Assembly (NCBI GenBank): GCA_017615095.1
Contig: JAGAAT010000101.1
Coordinates: forward strand, 1 to 32,572
Direction: 5' to 3'
Length of the DNA stretch: 32,572 nt
DNA from: a bacterium
GTDB taxonomy: Bacteria > UBP6 > UBA1177
How positions within the stretch are numbered: position 1 is the first letter of the stretch; every line of letters begins with the position of its first letter. Shown here one piece after another: positions 25,567-32,572 of this stretch. The position numbers and the translations under genes were made by a program. The notes beneath the pieces are model-generated. The model was not told the DNA's origin, did no database searches, and worked only from the letters and a program-made list of their open reading frames with translations.

Positions 25567-26100
25567 ATGAAAAGGCTTGTAATTATAGGGCTTTTTATCC
25601 TTGCTCTGATCTCGTGCGGAACGGCTGAAAAGGCAGGGAACGATGCGGCTCAGACATCTGACGGCGGCAGTACCGGCGGATTCAAGCTCGATCTGGAGCG
25701 CGTTGACGGCGGAAATTTCAGCTTTGAAGAGATCCGAGGGAAGAAGCACCTCGTCATAGCCTTCTGGGCTACCTGGTGCGACCCCTGCAAGGCTGAGCTC
25801 AAGGCGCTTGCCCAGATCTATCCGGAATTTTCCGACAAGGTCGAGTTCATCGGCGTTTCGACCGACACGGAAGACCTTATCGACAAGGTCAACGAGTTTG
25901 CGGTTTCGGCTGCGCTTCCGTTCCCTGTCCTGATCGATCCGGCCGGGAATGTAGTTTCGTCGCTGATCCCAGGCAGCGACTCTGTCCCGTATATGATCGT
26001 CGTCAGTAAGGACGGCGAAATCGTCTCAAAACACAGCGGCTATACCCCCGGTGACGAAAACCGTCTGGGTGAGGAGCTGAAAAAGCTCATCGAAAAATAA
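25567..26100 (+). CDS. TlpA/ResA-family thiol-disulfide reductase lipoprotein
   Basis: Lipobox LISC, FWATWCDPCKAEL, FPVLID, VPY. Confidence 0.9.
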   Translation: MKRLVIIGLFILALISCGTAEKAGNDAAQTSDGGSTGGFKLDLERVDGGNFSFEEIRGKKHLVIAFWATWCDPCKAELKALAQIYPEFSDKVEFIGVSTDTEDLIDKVNEFAVSAALPFPVLIDPAGNVVSSLIPGSDSVPYMIVVSKDGEIVSKHSGYTPGDENRLGEELKKLIEK

Positions 26101-26200
26101 AAGTTTCTAAAAAAACATTACCCTATTTATTTGCAAAGGTACTGAATTTTTATATAAGCCGGATTGTAGAGTTTTCTTAACTTAGTATATGAGGTAGACA

Positions 26201-27310
26201 ATGCAAAAAACACCGTTGTTTGAAAAACATGTGGCTATGGGTGCCACAATGGCTGAATTCGGTGGCTGGGACATGCCGCTTTGGTACAAAACCGGTCAGA
26301 CTGCCGAGCACAAGGCGACCCGCGAAAACTGCGGGCTCTTCGATATCTGCCACATGGGCGAATATATCGTAACCGGCAAGGATTCCTATGCTTTCTGGCA
26401 GAAGATCCTGACTAACGACGTAACGAAGATCGTTGACGGTCAGGCTCAGTACAACTTTATGCTCAACGAAAAGGGCTGCGTCATCGATGACTGCATCGTC
26501 TATCGCTTCAACGAAGAGAAGTGGATGCTTGTTGTCAATGCCGGCACGCAGGAGAGCGATTTCGAGTGGCTCTGCAAAAACAAGCTGCCCGACATGGAGC
26601 TCAAAAACATCAGCGCGACGACCGGAAAGCTCGACCTTCAGGGTCCGAAGGCGCCGAAGCTCGTTGCCGAGCTGGCTGGCAGAGAGGCGATCGAGGATCT
26701 CAAATTCTTCCGTTTTGCCGAGAACGTAAATATCTGCGGGATCAACGTCCTGCTGAGCCGTACTGGTTACACCGGCGAGATCGGATTCGAGATCTACTGC
26801 GACATCAACGACGTCGTAAAACTTTGGGATCTCCTTCTCGAGAAGGGGCAGAACTACGGGATCATGGCTGCCGGTCTCGGTGCTAGAGACACGCTCAGAC
26901 TTGAGGCAGGACTTCCGCTTTCGGGTCACGAGGTTCGTCCTGATGTAGTCGCAACGGGAACTCCGTGGGAATTTGCGATCTCTCACGAGCACGATTTCAT
27001 CGGCAAGGAGGCTCTCGAGGCACAGAAGGGGACTGTTTTTGCCTATGCGGTCACCATTGAAGGCAGAAGAAAACCCGGTGCACACTCGAAGGTCATGCTG
27101 AACGGCAGAGAGATCGGCGTCCTCACGAGCGAGATCATGGCGGTCAGCCTCGGAATGATCCCGGCAGGATTCATCCGCACCGACACAGAACTTGCACTGG
27201 ACAGCGAGATCGAGCTTGTAAACGAGAAAGGGAAGAGCTTCAAGGCATTCGTCAAGGAGACTCCGCTCGTTAAGGGAACCTCGAGAAAGAAAATGGCATC
27301 AATGCTTTAA
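26201..27310 (+). CDS. gcvT: Glycine cleavage system aminomethyltransferase T
   Basis: KTPL, FGGWDMP, FDICHMG, SRTGYTGE, GLGARDTLRLEAG. Confidence 0.96.
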   Translation: MQKTPLFEKHVAMGATMAEFGGWDMPLWYKTGQTAEHKATRENCGLFDICHMGEYIVTGKDSYAFWQKILTNDVTKIVDGQAQYNFMLNEKGCVIDDCIVYRFNEEKWMLVVNAGTQESDFEWLCKNKLPDMELKNISATTGKLDLQGPKAPKLVAELAGREAIEDLKFFRFAENVNICGINVLLSRTGYTGEIGFEIYCDINDVVKLWDLLLEKGQNYGIMAAGLGARDTLRLEAGLPLSGHEVRPDVVATGTPWEFAISHEHDFIGKEALEAQKGTVFAYAVTIEGRRKPGAHSKVMLNGREIGVLTSEIMAVSLGMIPAGFIRTDTELALDSEIELVNEKGKSFKAFVKETPLVKGTSRKKMASML

Positions 27311-27349
27311 CTGTTTGATATTTAACAACTTTTTTAAAGGAGTAACATC

Positions 27350-27754
27350 ATGTCGAACTACAGTGTACCTTCAAATCTCAGATTCTCCGAAACTCATGAA
27401 TGGGTCGAGGATCTTGGCAACAACAAATACCGCATCGGTATCTCCGACTTCGCGGCACAGCATGTCGGCGACATCACCTACGTCGAGCTTCCCGAGATCA
27501 ATGAGGATGTAGACAACGAATCAGTCGTCTGCAACATCGAGACCGTAAAGAGCTCCGAGGACATCAACAACCAGATCTCCGGAACAGTTGTTTCGATCAA
27601 CGAAATGCTTTCGGAAAATCCGGAAATCGTAGGCGCAGACTGCTACGGCGACGGCTGGCTTTATGAGGTCCAGTCTGATTCCGACGAGGATTTCAAAGCG
27701 CTTATGTCGGCTGACGAATACGATAAATTCCTCGACGAGCAGGACGACGAATAG
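27350..27754 (+). CDS. gcvH: Glycine cleavage system H protein
   Basis: THEWV, IGISDFA, lipoyl-Lys IETVKS, YGDGWL. Confidence 0.95.
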   Translation: MSNYSVPSNLRFSETHEWVEDLGNNKYRIGISDFAAQHVGDITYVELPEINEDVDNESVVCNIETVKSSEDINNQISGTVVSINEMLSENPEIVGADCYGDGWLYEVQSDSDEDFKALMSADEYDKFLDEQDDE

Positions 27755-27823
27755 TCCGTTCCAGGCACTTTTTGATCGCGGAACGCAAGTTCCATTCCAG
27801 AATTTAAACGTTAGGGGTAAAAT

Positions 27824-29182
27824 ATGAGATATCTTCCTATTACCGATTCAGAACGCAAGGAGATGCTCGAAAAGATCGGCGTCAAGTCCGTCGAGGATCT
27901 CTTTTCGCCGCTTCCGAAGAGCGTTCTGCTTAAAAAGGAGCTGAATATTCCCTCCTCGATGAGCGAGCCTGAGCTTGAAAAGATGATGGACGAGCTCGGC
28001 AGGGAGAACCGCGGAGCCAACATGCTTTCATTCCTGGGCGGCGGCTGCTACAGGCACTTCTGCCCGGCGCTGGTAGACCAGATGATCTCCAGAAGCGAGT
28101 TCTACACCTCCTACACGCCCTATCAGCCGGAGGTCAGCCAGGGAACTTTGCAGGCGATTTTCGAGTTCCAGACGATGATCGCGAACCTCTTCCAGATGGA
28201 TGTCGCGAACGCTTCGATGTACGACGGCGCGACAGCAGCTGCTGAGGCTGTCCTGATGGCGCACAAGATCCAGACGAAGCGCCACAAAGTGCTCATCGCA
28301 TCGACGATCAACCCGCAGTACCTTGAAACGGTCAGGACATACACGAGCTTTGTCGTTGACAGGATCGAACTGCTTGAGATGGATCCGGCAACCGGATGCG
28401 TTGCAGAGTCCGAGCTTGCAAAGATCGACAGCGATACGATCTGCGTGCTCTTCCAGTATCCGAACTACTTCGGAATGATCGAAAATCTCAAGAAAATTTC
28501 TGCACTTACGCATGAAGCTGGTGCGCTTTTGATCCCGGTAGTGACCGAGGCTACGGCTCTCGGCGTTATCGCGACTCCGGGCAGCATCGATGCCGATATC
28601 GCAGTCGGTGACGGTCAGGCACTCGGGATCCCGATGAACTTCGGCGGTCCTGGCGTAGGACTTTTCACCTGCAAAGAGAAGCATGTCCGCAAAATGCCTG
28701 GCAGACTTATCGGCGAAACCGTAGACAGGAACGGAAACAGATGCTTCGTCCTGACACTTTCGGCGAGAGAGCAGCACATCAAACGTGAAAAGGCGACCTC
28801 GAACATCTGCTCGAACCAGGGGCTGATGGCTACGGCAGCTTCGATCTACCTTGCCACGATGGGCAAGCAGGGTCTTCGCGATGTCGCGCTGATGAACCTC
28901 AAACGCGCAGACTACCTCAAGAAGAGGATCGCATCTGAAACAGCGTGCAAAATCGCCTTCAACGGCTGCAACTACAACGAATTCACGATCCTTGCGCCTA
29001 TGGATGCCTGCGAACTTCTCAAGGCTCTCGGCGAGAAGGGGATCCTGGGCGGGATCGCAGCTAAGAAGTACTTCCCGGAGCTTGACAACGCTGTCATCGT
29101 AAACACGACGGAAGTTCACACTTACGAGGAGCTTGACAGATTTGTTGACGCGCTCAAGGAGATCGCAGGAGGTGCAAAATGA
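27824..29182 (+). CDS. gcvPA: Glycine dehydrogenase subunit 1
   Basis: EFYTSYTPYQPEVSQG, NASMYDGA, REQHIKREKATSNIC. Confidence 0.96.
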   Translation: MRYLPITDSERKEMLEKIGVKSVEDLFSPLPKSVLLKKELNIPSSMSEPELEKMMDELGRENRGANMLSFLGGGCYRHFCPALVDQMISRSEFYTSYTPYQPEVSQGTLQAIFEFQTMIANLFQMDVANASMYDGATAAAEAVLMAHKIQTKRHKVLIASTINPQYLETVRTYTSFVVDRIELLEMDPATGCVAESELAKIDSDTICVLFQYPNYFGMIENLKKISALTHEAGALLIPVVTEATALGVIATPGSIDADIAVGDGQALGIPMNFGGPGVGLFTCKEKHVRKMPGRLIGETVDRNGNRCFVLTLSAREQHIKREKATSNICSNQGLMATAASIYLATMGKQGLRDVALMNLKRADYLKKRIASETACKIAFNGCNYNEFTILAPMDACELLKALGEKGILGGIAAKKYFPELDNAVIVNTTEVHTYEELDRFVDALKEIAGGAK

Positions 29183-30645
29183 GTTATCCGGGAATGAGAG
29201 ACCTCAAGCTTCGTGAGGCACTTATCTTTGAAAGAAGCCGTGAAGGCAGACGCGGTTATTCGCTTCCCGCAGAAGACCTGACCGGCGCTGAATCGATCCT
29301 TCCGGCTGAGCTCCGCCGCGACGGGCTCGATCTGCCTGAGGTCAGCGAAGTCGATGTCGTAAGGCACTACACCAGGCTTTCGACCTACAACTTCAGCCTT
29401 GATCTCGGCTTCTATCCGCTCGGCAGCTGCACGATGAAGTACAATCCGAAGGTCAACGAAAAGCTTGTCCGCAACCCGCAGTTTACGGAGCTTCACCCCG
29501 AAACTCCGGCTCGGTTCGCACAGGGTACGCTCAAGATCATGTACGAAATGCAGCGTATGCTTGCAGAGATCGGCGGTTTCGCAGCCTGCACGCTGAACCC
29601 GTCGGCAGGTGCGCACGGCGAGTACACCGGTATCGGCATAATCCGCAGTTATTTTGCTAAAAAGGGTGATACAAAACGCAAAAAAATAATCATCCCCGAC
29701 AGTGCTCACGGCACCAACCCGGCAAGCTGTGCACTCAACGGTTTCGAGGTCGTTGTCCTTGAGAGCGACGAGCACGGCAAGGTCGATCTTGCAACGCTTA
29801 AATCGCTTCTTACCGACGAGGTCGCAGGCATCATGCTGACCAACCCGAACACTCTCGGAGTCTTCGAGAGCGACATCCTCGAGATCACGAAGATGGTTCA
29901 CGAGGCGGGCGGTCTTGTTTACGGCGACGGCGCCAACATGAACGCGCTTCTCGGTGTTGCAAGACCCGGCGATATGGGCATCGACGTCCTGCACTACAAC
30001 CTGCACAAAACCTTCTCGACGCCTCACGGCGGCGGCGGTCCAGGAGCAGGTCCGGTCGGGGTCTGCGAAAAGCTGGTCGAGTTCCTTCCGAACCCGTTCG
30101 TTGTCTGCGAAAACGGCGTCTACAGCTTCAGGAACTCCGACAGTGCGATGGGCAGAGTCCGCTCCTTCTACGGCAACATGGGTGTAACGCTCAAGGCGTT
30201 CATCTACATCCTTGAATACGGTCGCGAGCACCTCGGCGAGACGGCTAAAAACGCTGTTCTCAACGCGAACTACATCAAGGCTTGTCTGAAGAGTTACTAT
30301 CATTTGAAGTACAAATCAGACACGCTTCACGAGGTCGTTTTCGACGATTCCGAAATGCCGAACCACGTTACGACGATGGATATCGCGAAGGCTTTGATCG
30401 ACCGCGGCTATCATCCGCCTACAGTCTACTTCCCGCTTATAGTCCACGGCGCGCTCATGATCGAGCCGACCGAGAGCGAGAGCAAGGAGACGCTTGACGA
30501 GTTCATCGAGGCTATGATCGACATCGCCGAGAAGGCAAAGAGCGATCCGGAGAACATCCTGAACGCTCCTCTCAGCACGGCAGTCAGCCGTCCGGACGAG
30601 ACTCTGGCGGCAAGAAAACCCGTTCTGAAGTGGGTTAAAAACTGA
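29179..30645 (+). CDS. gcvPB: Glycine dehydrogenase subunit 2
   Basis: YPLGSCTMKYNP, SAHGTNPAS, PLP-Lys NLHKTFSTPHGGGGPG; ATGA overlap with gcvPA. Confidence 0.96.
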   Translation: MSYPGMRDLKLREALIFERSREGRRGYSLPAEDLTGAESILPAELRRDGLDLPEVSEVDVVRHYTRLSTYNFSLDLGFYPLGSCTMKYNPKVNEKLVRNPQFTELHPETPARFAQGTLKIMYEMQRMLAEIGGFAACTLNPSAGAHGEYTGIGIIRSYFAKKGDTKRKKIIIPDSAHGTNPASCALNGFEVVVLESDEHGKVDLATLKSLLTDEVAGIMLTNPNTLGVFESDILEITKMVHEAGGLVYGDGANMNALLGVARPGDMGIDVLHYNLHKTFSTPHGGGGPGAGPVGVCEKLVEFLPNPFVVCENGVYSFRNSDSAMGRVRSFYGNMGVTLKAFIYILEYGREHLGETAKNAVLNANYIKACLKSYYHLKYKSDTLHEVVFDDSEMPNHVTTMDIAKALIDRGYHPPTVYFPLIVHGALMIEPTESESKETLDEFIEAMIDIAEKAKSDPENILNAPLSTAVSRPDETLAARKPVLKWVKN

Positions 30646-30652
30646 TTTTTTC

Positions 30653-30680
30653 GGGGCGGGTCACTCCGCCCCCTTTTTTT
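30653..30680 (+). terminator. Intrinsic terminator after gcvPB
   Basis: GGGGCGG-gtcact-CCGCCCC stem followed by a T run. Confidence 0.85.
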
Positions 30681-30691
30681 ACCGGAGGATT

Positions 30692-31618
30692 ATGAAAACA
30701 GTTTTCATGGGCAGTCCGGAAATTTCGGTTCCCTTTCTCGATTTTTGTCTTAAAAAAAGTGATGAAGTCATCGTTTTCAGCCAGAAGGACAAGATCCGCG
30801 GCAGAGGCAGGAATTTAGAGCCGACGCCGGTGAAAAAGAGGGCGTTGGAGCTTGGTCTTCCGGTTTACACATGTTCGGCTAAATCCGAGAAAGCTTTCGA
30901 AATTATTAACGATTTTAAGCCTGATCTCCTTTTTGTGGTAGCCTACGGACAGATCCTTCCGAAGAGGCTTCTGGATGCACCGGGGCTCTACCCTGTCAAC
31001 GTACACTTTTCGCTCCTGCCGAAGTACCGGGGCGCGACACCGGTCAATACTGCGCTTCTGAACGGCGACAGGGTGAGCGGCACGACGATCATGGTGATGG
31101 GTGAGGAGCTTGACAGCGGTGATCTCCTGCTCTCCAGCGAGTGTGAAGTTTTGCCTGAAGACAACGCGACGACCCTCTTTGAAAAGCTGACTGCTCTTTC
31201 GCTCAGGACGCTTGACGAAAACTGGGAAGATCTTGCTTCCGGTTCTCTAAAGGCAACTCCGCAGACCGGCGAACCAACTTTCACGAAAATGATCGGAAAG
31301 GAGGACATGTGGGTCGATTTTAACGACGACGCTGAAAAAATATTCAATAAAATAAGGGCATTGACTCTAGAACCCGGGATCCGTGCGGTATTCCGTGAAA
31401 ACATCGTCTCGATAGAAAAGGTCGAGCTTGTTCCAGATTGTTCCGGCAGACCCGGAGAGGTCACCGAGGTCTCTAAAAACGGCATCAAGGTAGCCTGCGG
31501 AGCCGGCGGTATTTTGATAAAAAGGTTGAAACCGGCCGGCAAAAAGGGGATGAGCGCAGCCGAATTTTTGAACGGAAACAGAGTCCAGACAGGGGAATTC
31601 TTCTCGGGAAGGTCATGA
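30692..31618 (+). CDS. fmt: Methionyl-tRNA formyltransferase
   Basis: VFMGSP, VVAYGQIL, NVHFSLLPKYRGATP, LDSGD, KPAGKKGM. Confidence 0.95.
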   Translation: MKTVFMGSPEISVPFLDFCLKKSDEVIVFSQKDKIRGRGRNLEPTPVKKRALELGLPVYTCSAKSEKAFEIINDFKPDLLFVVAYGQILPKRLLDAPGLYPVNVHFSLLPKYRGATPVNTALLNGDRVSGTTIMVMGEELDSGDLLLSSECEVLPEDNATTLFEKLTALSLRTLDENWEDLASGSLKATPQTGEPTFTKMIGKEDMWVDFNDDAEKIFNKIRALTLEPGIRAVFRENIVSIEKVELVPDCSGRPGEVTEVSKNGIKVACGAGGILIKRLKPAGKKGMSAAEFLNGNRVQTGEFFSGRS

Positions 31619-32508
31619 TCAGCAATATTGTGAAAAAAATCAATACGATTCCGCAGGTTTACGCTTTTCTGTTCTTTGAGTTTATGATAGGTGTGCGGGT
31701 CTATGCCGAGTTCGGTAAAGAGAATCCGCTGACGATTGCTGTTTTTCAGCTTTTCTGGTTTACATCGGTCCTGATCTATTTTTTTGCGCTCTTCAAATGG
31801 ATGCTGAAGCTGAAGGACGAGGATCTGACATTTTTTTCACTTGGCGGATTCCTGCCGATGATCCCTGTTGTTTATGCTCTTCTTGCCGGGCGTGAACTGA
31901 CTCTCAACTTTGTTGAACCGACATCTTTTCCTGCGGTTTTGAAGAATATCTTTACCCTCGAGGCGGCACATTCCTACAACTGGGCGCTCTTCCCGGAGCT
32001 TCTGGCTCTGCTTCTGCTCTCTTTTGCTGCCGGCTGGCTGATCTCCGGCAAAGCCCTGAAATCTGCTTTTACGGCTCTTTCGGCTACTGCGAGCTCTTTT
32101 TTGATGCTCGGTTTCTCCTGGATTTCTGTTGATCCGAAGCATCCGGCTCTTTTTGTTCTTCGTTCGGGTCTGAAAAACCATCAGAATTACGCGCTTTACT
32201 ACATATCGTTTTTCATAATTTTCTCATGTGTCGCTTTTAAAGAACAGCTCTCGGATTTTATTAAGGGATTTAAGCGTAAATGGCTTTTTGCGGTTCTGCT
32301 TTTGCTCGGAGTTCTGACCGATTTCGCAGCCTTTTGGTGTTTCGGGATCGATTTTACAGCCTTCGATCTGGTTGTGAACTTCCTTCCTGCTCTTGCACTG
32401 GTGTTGATGCCTTCTTTAATAAAGTCAAAGAGTTATAAGCTTTCTTTTCTTTTCGGCTGGAGCGTTCTGGGAGCCCTGACTATTCTCTTTTTTCCTCCAC
32501 GGTTTTAA
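31615..32508 (+). CDS. Hypothetical polytopic membrane protein
   Basis: Roughly 9-10 hydrophobic segments; ATGA-coupled to fmt. Confidence 0.8.
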   Translation: MISNIVKKINTIPQVYAFLFFEFMIGVRVYAEFGKENPLTIAVFQLFWFTSVLIYFFALFKWMLKLKDEDLTFFSLGGFLPMIPVVYALLAGRELTLNFVEPTSFPAVLKNIFTLEAAHSYNWALFPELLALLLLSFAAGWLISGKALKSAFTALSATASSFLMLGFSWISVDPKHPALFVLRSGLKNHQNYALYYISFFIIFSCVAFKEQLSDFIKGFKRKWLFAVLLLLGVLTDFAAFWCFGIDFTAFDLVVNFLPALALVLMPSLIKSKSYKLSFLFGWSVLGALTILFFPPRF

Positions 32509-32572
32509 AGCCTCCGGCAATTGCCTTGTAGAGGGCTATCCTGTTCAGAAGAAGCGAGCATCTTGCCGAAAG
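32480..32572 (-). CDS. Outer-membrane efflux protein (TolC/NodT family), C-terminal fragment
   Basis: Own translation LSARCSLLLNRIALYKAIAGGFKTVEEKRE*, resembling the LYKALGGG signature; 5'-partial. Confidence 0.7.
   Translation of the reverse strand, partial: LSARCSLLLNRIALYKAIAGGFKTVEEKRE

Noticed and set aside
26101-26200. Glycine riboswitch upstream of gcvT
   Set aside because: The region is only 100 nt and AT-rich, and lacks the GGAGA..CCGAAG..CTCTCAGG core
26177-30303. Long antisense ORFs over the gcv genes (302, 363 and 393 aa), and similar ones at 8321-9016 and 22382-23263
   Set aside because: Shadow frames caused by codon bias or repeats in strongly supported genes; no motifs

Overview
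This is a chromosomal window of a Gram-negative (diderm) bacterium. Its Pkn-type kinase, PP2C phosphatase and Cys/acidic-linker lipoproteins look like those of Myxococcota/deltaproteobacteria-related lineages (inference). Core content: the 3' end of a histidine kinase, a PEGA-domain Ser/Thr kinase, a TonB-dependent receptor under a short (class II-type) cobalamin riboswitch, lolC/E, tRNA-Thr(CGT), a glnS-prmA-gtrA-dapF-hypothetical-nadD operon, an S41 protease, DAGK-PP2C-thioredoxin genes, gcvT-H-PA-PB and fmt. Accessory content: a decayed hipBA islet, two glycan-related lipoproteins, and a tandem array of three lipid-anchored serpins with different reactive-centre loops. The most striking signals are in the serpin array. 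DNA scars suggest it grew by tandem duplication followed by recombination inside the Asp/Thr/Gly-rich tethers, so serpin 3 has the leader of serpin 1 and the body of serpin 2. The bait loop of serpin 2 carries the same GDTGD motif as the tethers, and a T14 tract sits in the likely promoter of serpin 3. Most recognisable sigma70-like promoters here have a 16-bp spacer.
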